Below, piece after piece: positions 1-9,386 of a stretch of DNA of 32,863 nucleotides (positions are counted from its first letter, which is position 1; every line of letters begins with the position of its first letter). The notes under the pieces are model-generated. The model was given only the letters and a program-made list of their open reading frames with translations, had not been told where the DNA came from and did not search any database. The translations under genes were made by a program, and so were the position numbers. The DNA lies in the NCBI GenBank assembly GCA_936943465.1, contig CAKZJN010000352.1, positions 1 through 32,863 of the forward strand, given 5' to 3'. Origin of the DNA: an uncultured Rhodoferax sp. Its GTDB lineage: Bacteria; Pseudomonadota; Gammaproteobacteria; Burkholderiales; Burkholderiaceae_C.

Positions 1-2550
1 TTCGGACCGGACATTGGTGAGCGGGCCGAGCTTGTCCAGCGGCTGACCCTGGCCGTCGACCACCCGACCGAGCAGGCCGGCACCGACCGGCAGGTGGCGC
101 GAGCGGTCTTCGCTGCGCCGCCAGGGATGCGCCGGCACGCCCAGGGTCGGCGCCGTCACCGGGATTTCGCAGGGAAGCACCAGCGCGCCGCTGGACATGC
201 CGTGGATCTCGCCGGTGGGCATGAGATAGGCGCGGTCGCCAGTGAAGCCGACCACTTCGGCCGACACCGGCGGCTGGCCGGGCATGCGCACATCACACAG
301 GGAACCGACCGGTGCGCGGATGCCGGCGGCTTCGAGTACCAGGCCGGCCACCCGCACGAGACGACCCTGCGTGGCCAGCGGCACCGGCGCGGCAGCGGCA
401 AAACGCGCCAGCACGTCGCCATGGTGGTAGATGGCATCCAGCGCGTCGTGCGGCGGCAGGGTCGCAACCCAGGTCTGGTAGCGCAGCAGCGTGGCGCCGG
501 CGTCCCGCAGGGCGGGCACGGCCAGATCCGGGTGCTGCAGCAGCGCGAACCAGCTGACGCCTTCCTGTTCAGGCTGGCGGCGCAGCAGCGCCAGCGCCAC
601 CAGGTCGTCGTCGCTGCAGCCAAACAGCGGCGACTTGAGGGCCCGCGCCAGCGACAGGTCGTGCGCCGGCGACACCAGCACGTCCAGCAGCGCCACCACG
701 TCCTGCACTTCCGGGGCATCGGCCAGATCGTTTTTTTCCGGCTGCTGGGTGGCGATGTGGAGCTTGCGCAGCTCGTCCTGCATCACCGAAAGGCGGTCGC
801 GCTTGCGGGCCAGCACCATGATGTCCCGGGGCGCCAGCCCGTCCGCGATCCGCCCCGCCAGCCAGTGCGCCGCCTGGCGACATTCACGGGTGCGCAGGGT
901 TTCCTCGGGCAGCTCGCGCGGCGTGGTGAGGCTGTCGCGCCAATGCAGCCCGCCGGGCTCGGACACACCGTCCACGTCGTCGCTTACGTCCCGGCCGATT
1001 TGCGGCAGGGCCAGCACCGCGCCCGGCACCGGAGATTCGGTGGTGTGGGCGCGAAAGCCCTGGTAAGCGCCTTCGGCCTGCGCAGCTTCCATCACGTGGT
1101 TGACCACGGCGATCACGCCCTGCGCATTGCGCCGCGTGTGGTCGCAGCTCAGCAAGACACCATTCAGGCCGTCGCGCACAAAGGCCTGCGCCGCGCGGAA
1201 GACCTGCGGCTCGGCGCGGCGAAAGCGGTAAATGCTCTGTTTGGGGTCGCCCACGATGAAGACGCTGGGCGCCCCCGCCCCGCCGCCGGTGCCCGCATAG
1301 CCGCTGAGCCAGGCGTGCAGCGACTGCCATTGCAGCGGGTTGGTGTCCTGGAACTCGTCGATCAGCAGGTGGCGGATGCGCGCGTCCAGCCGCTCCTGCA
1401 CCCAGCCGCTGAGCACGTCGTCTGACAGCATGACCTGCGCGGCACGCTCCACATCGTTCATGTCCACCCAGCCGTGCTCGCGCTTGAGGTCGGCAAAGGC
1501 CGCCACCAGCCGGCGCACCAGCCGGGCCATGCGCTGCTGGTGCTGCCAGGCGGTGTGCTGGCGCCGGGCCAGGCACAGCGTCTGCAGCTCGGGCTCGGCC
1601 TCTTGCGCGGCGGGGAACTTCTGCAGGTTTTTGGTCAGGCGGTCTTCAGCGGCGACGAAGAAGGCCTTGCGCAGCAGGTCCAGCCGGGCGTCCAGATCGT
1701 CCAGCGCAAAGGCATCGACAACGGCGTCGGCGGCTTTTTGCGGCGTCTTGTTGCTCTCGGTGCCCAGTGCGCGCGCCCACGTCAGCCAGCGCTGGCGGGT
1801 TGCCTCATCCGCCAGCGCCTCGGCGGGCGTGGGCAGGCCGGCCAGCGCCGGGTACAGGGTGCCAAACGGCAGCACCGAGGCATCGACCACGCCTGCGGCA
1901 TCGGCCAGGCTGAACTCCACGCGCCGCGACAGCGCGGCTTCCAGGGCCTTGGCGGCCTGAAACCGCCCGTGCGCGGCGACCAGCGCCTCGAAGTCGGCCC
2001 GCGCCTCGGCGTCGGCGGCCACGGCCTCATGAAAGCGCCGCCAGACCAGGCCGACGGCTTCGGTGTCGTCTTCCAGCAGGTTGTACTGCGTGGGCAGACC
2101 CAGCGACTGCAGCACCGACAGCGGCGCGGTGCGCAGCAGCGCCCCGAACCAGCTGTGGAAGGTGCGGATCTGCACCGGCCGCCCCGCCTGCAGCACAGAT
2201 TGGTATAAATTTCGTAGCGCCTCATGACCATTTGACGCTGGGATGGGGTCAATTCCTCTTGCAATCAGCTCGTTCTGGAGCTGGGCGGGCGTGGCCTGGG
2301 CAAATTCGGTCAGCCAGGCGTCCAGACGGTGCCGCATTTCACCGGCCGCCTTGCGGGTGAAGGTGATGGCCAGAATTTCGTGCGGCAAGGCGCCGTCCAG
2401 CAGCGCGCGCAGGATGCGCGACACCAGCATCCAGGTCTTGCCCGCGCCAGCGCAGGCCTCCACCGCCACGCTGCGCCGCGGGTCGCAGGCAATGGCATAA
2501 AACGCCGCGCGGGAAACGCGCTGGCCGTTCAGTTCGTAGGCAAATGTCAT
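1..2550 (-). CDS. addA: AddA-like UvrD/REP-family helicase-nuclease subunit (partial; runs off the left edge)
   Basis: Not in the ORF track because it has no stop inside the window. Manual translation from ATG 2550 gives MTFAYELNGQRVSRAAFYAIACDPRRSVAVEACAGAGKTWMLVSRILRALL...ILAITFTRKAAGEM (Walker A and motif Ia), IRTFHSW, LLIDEFQDT (motif II), VGDPKQSIYRFRRA (motif III). Lies directly downstream of the addB-like gene. Confidence 0.92.
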   Translation of the reverse strand, partial: MTFAYELNGQRVSRAAFYAIACDPRRSVAVEACAGAGKTWMLVSRILRALLDGALPHEILAITFTRKAAGEMRHRLDAWLTEFAQATPAQLQNELIARGIDPIPASNGHEALRNLYQSVLQAGRPVQIRTFHSWFGALLRTAPLSVLQSLGLPTQYNLLEDDTEAVGLVWRRFHEAVAADAEARADFEALVAAHGRFQAAKALEAALSRRVEFSLADAAGVVDASVLPFGTLYPALAGLPTPAEALADEATRQRWLTWARALGTESNKTPQKAADAVVDAFALDDLDARLDLLRKAFFVAAEDRLTKNLQKFPAAQEAEPELQTLCLARRQHTAWQHQQRMARLVRRLVAAFADLKREHGWVDMNDVERAAQVMLSDDVLSGWVQERLDARIRHLLIDEFQDTNPLQWQSLHAWLSGYAGTGGGAGAPSVFIVGDPKQSIYRFRRAEPQVFRAAQAFVRDGLNGVLLSCDHTRRNAQGVIAVVNHVMEAAQAEGAYQGFRAHTTESPVPGAVLALPQIGRDVSDDVDGVSEPGGLHWRDSLTTPRELPEETLRTRECRQAAHWLAGRIADGLAPRDIMVLARKRDRLSVMQDELRKLHIATQQPEKNDLADAPEVQDVVALLDVLVSPAHDLSLARALKSPLFGCSDDDLVALALLRRQPEQEGVSWFALLQHPDLAVPALRDAGATLLRYQTWVATLPPHDALDAIYHHGDVLARFAAAAPVPLATQGRLVRVAGLVLEAAGIRAPVGSLCDVRMPGQPPVSAEVVGFTGDRAYLMPTGEIHGMSSGALVLPCEIPVTAPTLGVPAHPWRRSEDRSRHLPVGAGLLGRVVDGQGQPLDKLGPLTNVRSE

Positions 2551-2620
2551 GTGGGCAATGTCAGGTTGAGACGTCGGGGGGGCTGGGCCGGGGCGCAAAG
2601 CCTTGTCGCGGGGGACCTCT

Positions 2621-5206
2621 TCACGCCCAGGAATCCTTGCGGCACAGGCCGCGTGCGGCGCAGTAGTCGCAGGCGGCGGCTTCGCCCAGGGCGGGCAGCG
2701 GAGTCCCTTCGGCGATGCGCGCCATGTCATGCAGCAGGCCTTCAACCAGCAGGTCCCGCACGGCTACCACGTCAGCTTGTTCGAATTCCTTGGTCCCGTC
2801 TTTCTCGCCGACGTTCACATAGGCGGCACGCAGCGTGTCATGGGGCAGCAGCGCGGCGTAGAAGGCCAGCTGGGTGTCTTCGGTGGATACGTCGATGCGG
2901 CGGCGGGTGGTGGCCTGATTTTCGGTCTTGTAGTCGATCACCAGGGCCGTGCCGTCCGGGCAGTGGTCGATCCGGTCGATGCGCCCCACCAGCGTGACGG
3001 CGCCCAGCGGCGTCTCGCAGGCCACTTCGCCCTGGTCGAACCGGGCGCCATCCGCCTCGAACCCGGCGAGCCAGACCAGGTAGCCGTCGCGCACGCGCGG
3101 CCAGGCGGCAGCAAATGGCAGAAATTCGCCCTCGGCCAGCGCCATGCTGCGCGTGACGGCGCTGGCGGCCGCATCCAGCCGGGCACGGCGCGACCCGGTG
3201 TCGGTTGCCGGATCGGCCTTCAAGCCGTCATGGAACTGCTTGAGCACGTCGTGCAGCCACTGACCGAAATCGCGCTTGTCCACGGCCGTGTCGAGTTCGT
3301 CCGCTTCCTTCAGGCCCAACTGGCGCAGGGCGAAGAAGCGGTAAGGGCAGTGCCGCAGGTCGTTGTAGGCGCTGGCGGACAGCTGCAGGACCGGCAAGGC
3401 CGCGCCCACGGGCTGGGGCCTTGCCACCGGCCGCGGCTGCACGGCGCGCTGCACGCGCGGGTCGCAGGCCAAATGGCCTGCCGCAGCGCTGCGGGCGTCC
3501 TTCCCGCTGGCTGCCGCATCGCGCTGAAACTGCAGGCGCAGCAGTTGCACCAGCGGGCTGGGCAGCAGCGGCTCCCCGCCTTCATCGCCTTCGCGCCACA
3601 ACAGGTCGGCCACAGGCGTCTGCAGCGCGTGCGTCCAGGCGGCCAGCACGGCGGAGGCCAGTGTCTCGCGGCTGGGCAGGCCCAGGGCTTCGCGCTGCGC
3701 GGGCGTCCACGGGCCGGACGGCTCGGGCGAGGCCTGCAGCCGCACCTCGTCACAGCCCGGCACCACCAACGCGGCAAACGGGCGCGCGAGCAGCTGGCTG
3801 AGCGGCAGGATCACCACCGGCTCCTCGCCCGGGTGGGCGGGCACGTGGCTGGCGGACTCCAGCACGGTGTCCACCCAGGCGGTGAACTCCGCCAGCGTCA
3901 AGCGCCGGGCTGCGCCGTTGAAGGTTTCCACTTCGGGCTGGGCGGCTTCGTCCAGCCGCAGCACGCTCAGCAGCTTCGCGCCCGCCGCGTCAGCCTCCAG
4001 CAGGGGCCACTGCCCACCGGCGAGCAGGAGTCCACGCAGGGCGGCCAGCCACAACGCCAGCGCGCGGGGTTTTGCGAGTCCGTCCCGCAAGGTGTCGAGG
4101 CTGCGGTGCCAGGCGGAAAATTCAGGATCGTCCCTGGCAGACAACGTGCCTGCGGACGGCCATTCACGCAGGCCGGCCCGCCGCAGCATCCGCTCCATCG
4201 CCAGCACCCGCACCGCAGGTTGGGCCGGACTGCACTTGAGCCAGTCCAGCACGGCATCGCTGGTGGCGTTCCAGGCACCCGCGCGCAGCGCGGCCATCAC
4301 CTGGGCGGCAGCGCGCGTGGTGGAGAGCTTCCAGCCGTTTTCATCCCGCACAGGCACCTGCTGCGCGTCCAGCATGGCCCGGATACGCCGCGTCAGGGCC
4401 CGGTCGATGGCGGCCAGCGCAACCGGTGTGCGGCCGGACTCGATATGGCGCAAGACGCAGGCCGCCGCGCGCTGGGCCTCGTCTTCGGCATCGCGTGCGC
4501 CATGCAATGCGATCGCCCCGCGCCGGGCGGGCTGCTCCAGGGCCACCTCGGCAAGCGCCACCTTGATGGCGCGCGCACCCCATAGCGCCTGGAGCGCACC
4601 GCTCAACGGCTCCGCCAGAAAGCCATCAAGCAGCACCACGCAGTCCAGCGTGTCAGCCACCCAGGGCTCGAACAGGACGTCGGTCGCGTAACAACTCGCT
4701 GTCGCCCAGACCAAGGCCAGCTGGGCCACCGCCGCTTCCAGTGCCATCACTTGGGCATCCAGCCCCACGGACACGACCGCCCGGGCGTCCTGGCCCCAAG
4801 CCTGCCGACGCGCGGGTGACAGCGCGCACGCCTGCGCCGCCAGTTGTCCGGCAGCCTCCACCAGCGCACTGGCCAGAAGATCACGGTGCGGCCCCAGGCC
4901 GGCGCGGTCCAGCAGGGTCTGTGCAGTCAGGATGTCCCGGGCAGCGTCAAAGGCCAGATCATCCGGACCCGGATTGAAGGCGCGCAGCCGGCGCGACCAG
5001 TTCTGCGTGGTCTCAAAATGCGGCGCAAATCCGTCAGGCCGGGTTTGCGCCCACAGCCTGGACGCCAGGGGCATGAGTTGCGCGTAGGGCAACACCACGA
5101 CGGTGCGCGCCGGGTGGGCGGCACGCGCGGTCAGGCTCAGCGCCACATCGTCCAGCAGGCGCGTCCAGACGGTCAAGGCCAAAGGCGGGAAATCGGGGGA
5201 GGTCAT
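2621..5206 (-). CDS. addB: AddB-like PD-(D/E)XK nuclease subunit with Fe-S staple cysteines
   Basis: C-terminal nuclease motifs LSASAY..HCPYRFF, GRIDRID, VIDYKT and CDYCAARGLC. Start trimmed to ATG 5206 (MTSPDF) because the ORF-track start (5311) overlaps trxA; exact start uncertain. Confidence 0.85.
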   Translation of the reverse strand: MTSPDFPPLALTVWTRLLDDVALSLTARAAHPARTVVVLPYAQLMPLASRLWAQTRPDGFAPHFETTQNWSRRLRAFNPGPDDLAFDAARDILTAQTLLDRAGLGPHRDLLASALVEAAGQLAAQACALSPARRQAWGQDARAVVSVGLDAQVMALEAAVAQLALVWATASCYATDVLFEPWVADTLDCVVLLDGFLAEPLSGALQALWGARAIKVALAEVALEQPARRGAIALHGARDAEDEAQRAAACVLRHIESGRTPVALAAIDRALTRRIRAMLDAQQVPVRDENGWKLSTTRAAAQVMAALRAGAWNATSDAVLDWLKCSPAQPAVRVLAMERMLRRAGLREWPSAGTLSARDDPEFSAWHRSLDTLRDGLAKPRALALWLAALRGLLLAGGQWPLLEADAAGAKLLSVLRLDEAAQPEVETFNGAARRLTLAEFTAWVDTVLESASHVPAHPGEEPVVILPLSQLLARPFAALVVPGCDEVRLQASPEPSGPWTPAQREALGLPSRETLASAVLAAWTHALQTPVADLLWREGDEGGEPLLPSPLVQLLRLQFQRDAAASGKDARSAAAGHLACDPRVQRAVQPRPVARPQPVGAALPVLQLSASAYNDLRHCPYRFFALRQLGLKEADELDTAVDKRDFGQWLHDVLKQFHDGLKADPATDTGSRRARLDAAASAVTRSMALAEGEFLPFAAAWPRVRDGYLVWLAGFEADGARFDQGEVACETPLGAVTLVGRIDRIDHCPDGTALVIDYKTENQATTRRRIDVSTEDTQLAFYAALLPHDTLRAAYVNVGEKDGTKEFEQADVVAVRDLLVEGLLHDMARIAEGTPLPALGEAAACDYCAARGLCRKDSWA

Positions 5207-5250
5207 GTGGTCGCTGAGCCCGGGCGCGACCGACGGGTGGGTTTGGTTTC

Positions 5251-5259
5251 TGTCACAAT
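5251..5259 (+). promoter_or_regulatory. Extended -10 element (TGtCACAAT), probable trxA promoter
   Basis: TGn plus CACAAT about 45 nt upstream of the trxA ATG; same pattern as upstream of rho. Confidence 0.45.
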
Positions 5260-5304
5260 GCCGCAACTTTAGCTGTATCCCCTCATCGTTCATAGGATGA
5301 CGCC

Positions 5305-5637
5305 ATGGCAAGCGACCTGATCAAACATATTTCCGACGCTACTTTTGAAGCCGAAGTGCTCAAATCCTCCAAGCCCGTGCTCGTGGACTACTGGGCCGAA
5401 TGGTGCGGTCCCTGCAAGATGATTGCGCCCATCCTGGACGAAGTGGCGACCGGTTACGAAGGCAAACTCCAGATTGCCAAGATGAACGTGGACGAGAACC
5501 GTGAAATTCCGGCCAAGTTCGGCATTCGCGGCATTCCCACCTTGATGGTGTTCAAGGATGGCCAGTTGGCGGCCACCAAGGTCGGTGCGATGAGCAAGGC
5601 GCAACTGACTGCATTCATCGACCAGCAACTGGCCTGA
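5305..5637 (+). CDS. trxA: Thioredoxin 1
   Basis: WCGPC active site, 110 aa, classic trxA-rho synteny, AGGA RBS. Confidence 0.98.
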   Translation: MASDLIKHISDATFEAEVLKSSKPVLVDYWAEWCGPCKMIAPILDEVATGYEGKLQIAKMNVDENREIPAKFGIRGIPTLMVFKDGQLAATKVGAMSKAQLTAFIDQQLA

Positions 5638-5642
5638 TCCAG

Positions 5643-5698
5643 CGGCCTGGAAGCATCGAACCTACTTGCTTCAGGCCGGTCCCGTTTTACTCTTTTTT
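5643..5698 (+). terminator. Hairpin after trxA (possible terminator or processing stem)
   Basis: CGGCCTG-G-AAGCA...TGCTT-CAGGCCG stem (5643-5678); T-rich tract follows but is offset by ~6 nt. Confidence 0.5.
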
Positions 5699-5700
5699 CC

Positions 5701-5857
5701 TGTCATAATTAATTCCTGTCACTGACGCGCACTGCGCGTCAGTTCGAGTTCCAGGTTCAGAACATTGAGGTCGGGTTTCCATCCCCGGTCCTCCCAAACC
5801 TCCCCCTGATTTGTCACAACGGCCCGGCATCCGGGCTGCATTCCCGCAGGACGTTCC
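5701..5857 (+). promoter_or_regulatory. rho promoter (extended -10 TGtCATAAT) and 5' leader with hairpin and C-rich rut-like tract
   Basis: TGTCATAAT at 5701-5709; perfect 10-bp stem ACTGACGCGC-act-GCGCGTCAGT at 5721-5743; C-rich/G-poor segment at ~5779-5820. Confidence 0.55.
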
Positions 5858-7123
5858 ATGCACTTAAACGAACTCAAGGCACTCCATGTGTCTGAAGTCC
5901 TCAAGCAAGCTGAAGATCTCGAGATCGAAAACACCGGCCGCATGCGCAAGCAGGAGTTGATGTTTGCCATCATCAAGAAACGGGCGCGCGCTGGCGAGCA
6001 GGTGTTCGCCGATGGCGTGCTGGAAATCCTGCCGGACGGCTTCGGCTTCCTGCGCAGCCCGGACACCAGCTACACCGCCAGTACGGATGACATCTATATC
6101 TCGCCCAGTCAGGTACGACGCTTCAACCTGCACACGGGTGACATGATCGAAGGTGAAGTCCGCACGCCGAAGGACGGCGAGCGCTACTTTGCGCTGACCA
6201 AGCTGGACAAGGTCAACGACGGCCCGCCGGAGCAGAACAAGCACAAGGTCATGTTCGAGAACCTGACGCCGCTGTTCCCCAAAGAGCAGATGAAACTGGA
6301 GCGTGACAACTTCAAGGGCGAGGAAAACATCACCAGCCGGGTGATCGACATCATTGCGCCCATCGGACGCGGCCAGCGTGCGCTGATCGTCGCCCAACCC
6401 AAGTCGGGCAAGACGGTCATGATGCAGCACATCGCCCACGCCATCACGGCCAACTATCCGGACGTGCACCTGATGGTGCTGCTGGTGGACGAGCGCCCGG
6501 AAGAAGTGACAGAAATGCAGCGTACCGTCAGGGGCGAGGTGATTGCCTCGACCTTCGATGAGCCCGCCGCGCGCCACGTGCATGTGGCTGAAATGGTGAT
6601 CGAGCGTGCCAAGCGCCTGGTCGAGCTGAAAAAAGACGTGGTGATCCTGCTGGACTCCATCACCCGCCTGGCGCGCGCCTACAACAACGTCGTCCCCTCC
6701 TCCGGCAAGGTACTGACCGGTGGTGTGGATGCCAACGCGCTGCAGCGTCCGAAGCGCTTCTTCGGCGCCGCGCGCAACGTGGAAGAAGGCGGCTCGCTGA
6801 CCATCATCGCCACCGCGCTGGTCGATACCGGCAGCCGCATGGACGAAGTGATTTTTGAGGAGTTCAAGGGCACCGGCAACAGCGAAGTGCACCTGGACCG
6901 TCGCTTGTACGAGAAGCGCATTTTCCCGTCGATCCAGCTCAACCGCAGCGGCACGCGCCGCGAAGAGTTGCTGCTGCAACCCGAAATTCTGCAAAAAACC
7001 CGCATCCTGCGCCAATTCCTCTACAACATGGATGAAATCGAGTCCATGGAGATGGTTCTGAAGCAAATGCGCGCCACCAAGAACAACAGCGAATTCTTCG
7101 ACATGATGCGCCGGGGCGGCTGA
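5858..7123 (+). CDS. rho: Transcription termination factor Rho
   Basis: DGFGFLR RNA-binding motif, P-loop [31 protein letters not shown]; 421 aa. Confidence 0.99.
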   Translation: MHLNELKALHVSEVLKQAEDLEIENTGRMRKQELMFAIIKKRARAGEQVFADGVLEILPDGFGFLRSPDTSYTASTDDIYISPSQVRRFNLHTGDMIEGEVRTPKDGERYFALTKLDKVNDGPPEQNKHKVMFENLTPLFPKEQMKLERDNFKGEENITSRVIDIIAPIGRGQRALIVAQPKSGKTVMMQHIAHAITANYPDVHLMVLLVDERPEEVTEMQRTVRGEVIASTFDEPAARHVHVAEMVIERAKRLVELKKDVVILLDSITRLARAYNNVVPSSGKVLTGGVDANALQRPKRFFGAARNVEEGGSLTIIATALVDTGSRMDEVIFEEFKGTGNSEVHLDRRLYEKRIFPSIQLNRSGTRREELLLQPEILQKTRILRQFLYNMDEIESMEMVLKQMRATKNNSEFFDMMRRGG

Positions 7124-7128
7124 AACTA

Positions 7129-7212
7129 GCCCCCACGCTTCCCCACTGCGTGTGGGTCGCTGCCCCCCGAGGGGGCCCTCGCGCCTTGGGGCGGCCCGGC
7201 GGCGCTCGAGCG
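7129..7212. repeat. GC-rich multi-hairpin intergenic element (REP/MITE-like dispersed repeat)
   Basis: Nested palindromes CCCAC-tgcgt-GTGGG, GCCCCC-cga-GGGGGC and GCGCC...GGCGC. Resembles, from memory, a dispersed repeat of Comamonadaceae genomes; only one copy in this window. Confidence 0.5.
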
Positions 7213-7242
7213 AGCGATTTCAGCAAAGTGGTTGCTGTAGGT

Positions 7243-7248
7243 TATAAT
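7243..7248 (+). promoter_or_regulatory. Consensus -10 (TATAAT) of rpmE promoter
   Basis: Perfect TATAAT ~70 nt upstream of the rpmE start; -35 weak. Confidence 0.6.
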
Positions 7249-7315
7249 CTAAGGCTTTACGCGATAAGTACCCTGGAATAGGCTGGGGCGGCTAGCGCAA
7301 CTGATGGAGAGAGAT

Positions 7316-7573
7316 ATGAAAGAAGGCATTCACCCCAACTACCGCGAAGTTTGCTTCCAGGACATGTCCAACGGATTCAAGTTCGTGACACGTTCTTGCG
7401 CCAACACCAAAGAAATGATCGACATGGAAGACGGCCGCAAGCTGCCTTTGTTCAAGCTGGATACCACCAGCGAATCGCATCCTTTCTACACCGGTACACA
7501 GAAGTCCGTGGACAACATGGGCGGCCGCGTTGAGAAGTTCCGTAACCGCTTCGGCAAGACCGCAGCCAAGTAA
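7316..7573 (+). CDS. rpmE: 50S ribosomal protein L31 type B
   Basis: [16 protein letters not shown]...[20 protein letters not shown]; no CxxC pairs; GGAGAGAG RBS supports ATG 7316. Confidence 0.96.
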   Translation: MKEGIHPNYREVCFQDMSNGFKFVTRSCANTKEMIDMEDGRKLPLFKLDTTSESHPFYTGTQKSVDNMGGRVEKFRNRFGKTAAK

Positions 7574-7605
7574 TCCGGCGTCAGGCTCAGGCCTGATCCG
7601 CATTG

Positions 7606-7640
7606 AAAAAAGCAGCCCGGGTTTCCGTGCTGCTTTTTTT
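7606..7640 (+). terminator. Rho-independent terminator after rpmE (bidirectional form)
   Basis: AAAAAAGCAGC-CCGG-gttt-CCGT-GCTGC-TTTTTTT. Confidence 0.85.
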
Positions 7641-7670
7641 CTGCCTCTTTCATAGTCATACTGCGCACCT

Positions 7671-9374
7671 GTGAATCCGACCACTCCCGCCATCGTTGCC
7701 CAGGCTGCGGCACGCCGTTTGCCACGGGGCGCGCTGCTGCTGTTTTGTCTGGCTTATCTGCTGCCAGGCTTTGTGGGGCGCGATGCCTGGAAGATCGACG
7801 ATGTTGCCGCTCTGGGCTATATGTGGGAGTTAGCCAGTGGTTCGGCGCAGTGGCTGCACCCGACGCTGGTAGGCATCACACCGGAAAATCCAGCGCTTCT
7901 GCCCTATTGGCTGGGTGCCTGGGCAATTCAATGGGGCCCCACAGGGCTCGCTGGAGATGCCCTGGCCCGCTTGCCGTACATGGCCTTGCTGGCACTAGCG
8001 CTGGCGGCCACCTGGTACGGCACCTATTACCTGGCGCGCAGTCCCGGCGCGCAGCCGGTGGCGTTTGCCTTTGGCGGCGAAGCGCTCCCTAAAGACTACG
8101 CCCGCGCCATGGCCGACGGTGGGCTGCTGGCGTTCATTGCCTGCCTGGGTCTGGCGCAACTGGGGCATGAAACCAACCCCGCTGTGGCGCAACTCGGATT
8201 TGCAGCCCTGCTGTTTTACGCCCTGGCCACGCTGCATTTCCATTGGCGTACCGCGCTGCTCTGCGCCGCGCTAGGTGTTCTCGGTTTGGGACTGAGTGGC
8301 GCGCCGACGCTGGCACTGTTGTTTGCCACGGGCGGCGCTGCCATTCACTTGCTGGAACGCAAGACCGGCGACGACAGCACCGAACGCGATCTCCTCCCGG
8401 CACGCACCGTGACACTCCTGGCCGCCTGCGCCAGCTTGTGCGCTTTTCTATTCCTGCGGCTAGACCTATGGCGCTGGAAGATCGAAATTCCGGCCGCCAC
8501 GCTGGCCGAACTCAGCAGCGCGCTGCAGTTGCTGACCTGGTTCACCTGGCCAGCCTGGCCGCTGGCCTTGTGGACCGTCTGGCGTTGGCGAGCGCATCTG
8601 TTCAGCAAGAACCTGAGCCGCCATCTGGCACTACCGGTCTGGTTTGTGTTGGTGACCCTGGGCTCCACGCTCACCACCAGTTCCCCCGACCGCACGCTGC
8701 TACTGGGCTTACCGGCCTACGCAGCGCTGGCGGCCTTTGCCCTGCCCACCCTCAAGCGGCAAGTTGCGGCTTTGATTGACTGGTTCACGCTGCTGTTCTT
8801 TTGTGGCTGCGGCATCATCATTTGGGTGGTCTGGATTGCGATGCAAACCGGTTTTCCCAGCCAACCGGCCGCCAATGTGGCGCGGCTTGCGCCAGGGTTC
8901 GAGCCCCAGTTTTCTTGGCTGGCGTTTGCCATCGCGGTGGTCGCGACGCTGGTCTGGGGCTGGCTGGTGAAATGGCGGGTGGGACGGCACCGCGCCGCCA
9001 TCTGGAAAAGTCTGGTGCTACCCGCTGGTGGCGCCGCACTGTGCTGGACCTTGCTTATGACGCTGTGGATGCCCTTGCTGAACTACACGCAGAGCTACAA
9101 CGCGTTGGTCCGTCACACGCTGGAGCGTATGGAGCCGCGCGGTTGTGTGGAGACGCTTGGACTAAAGGCCGGCAAACTCGCCGCCTTTCAGATCTACGGA
9201 CAACTGGAGCTCAAACCCATACAGGCGCAGGCGCAATGCCCGTGGCTGATTTCGGAACCCGGCGAAGCCACAATGCAGCCGCGTTGGGTCAATCAAACCC
9301 AGTGGGACCTGATGGCCCAGATGCACCATCCGGCGGACGGCAATGAGACCGTTCTGCTGTACCGCCGACGCTGA
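7671..9374 (+). CDS. Polytopic inner-membrane protein, ArnT/PMT (GT-C, family 39/83)-like glycosyltransferase homolog
   Basis: Many hydrophobic segments; N-terminal GRDAWKIDD loop, P..P.LPYWLGA and WFTWPAWPLALW motifs resembling ArnT-like proteins; C-terminal soluble domain with two Cys. GTG start. Confidence 0.7.
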   Translation: MNPTTPAIVAQAAARRLPRGALLLFCLAYLLPGFVGRDAWKIDDVAALGYMWELASGSAQWLHPTLVGITPENPALLPYWLGAWAIQWGPTGLAGDALARLPYMALLALALAATWYGTYYLARSPGAQPVAFAFGGEALPKDYARAMADGGLLAFIACLGLAQLGHETNPAVAQLGFAALLFYALATLHFHWRTALLCAALGVLGLGLSGAPTLALLFATGGAAIHLLERKTGDDSTERDLLPARTVTLLAACASLCAFLFLRLDLWRWKIEIPAATLAELSSALQLLTWFTWPAWPLALWTVWRWRAHLFSKNLSRHLALPVWFVLVTLGSTLTTSSPDRTLLLGLPAYAALAAFALPTLKRQVAALIDWFTLLFFCGCGIIIWVVWIAMQTGFPSQPAANVARLAPGFEPQFSWLAFAIAVVATLVWGWLVKWRVGRHRAAIWKSLVLPAGGAALCWTLLMTLWMPLLNYTQSYNALVRHTLERMEPRGCVETLGLKAGKLAAFQIYGQLELKPIQAQAQCPWLISEPGEATMQPRWVNQTQWDLMAQMHHPADGNETVLLYRRR

Positions 9375-9386
9375 AAAACACTGGCG

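Noticed and set aside
94-4585. Long + strand ORFs (94-1425, 1474-2208, 2603-4585)
   Set aside because: Codon-aligned antisense shadows of addA/addB in high-GC DNA; no recognisable motifs.
5250-5260. CTGTCAC before trxA as a Pho box
   Set aside because: Single half-site with no 11-bp partner; better explained as extended -10 TGtCACAAT.
5700-5722. CTGTCAT...CTGTCAC before rho as a Pho box
   Set aside because: Half-sites are 16 bp apart, not 11; the first is the extended -10 TGtCATAAT.
5864-7066. 400-aa minus ORF over rho, and similar antisense ORFs over pst, ppk1 and ftsH (e.g. 14701-15849, 30732-32549)
   Set aside because: Antisense shadows of well-conserved genes.
7316-7573. Type-B L31 as a Zur-regulated zinc-starvation paralog
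   Set aside because: No Zur box or L36 partner seen; consensus promoter and position after rho indicate the housekeeping copy.
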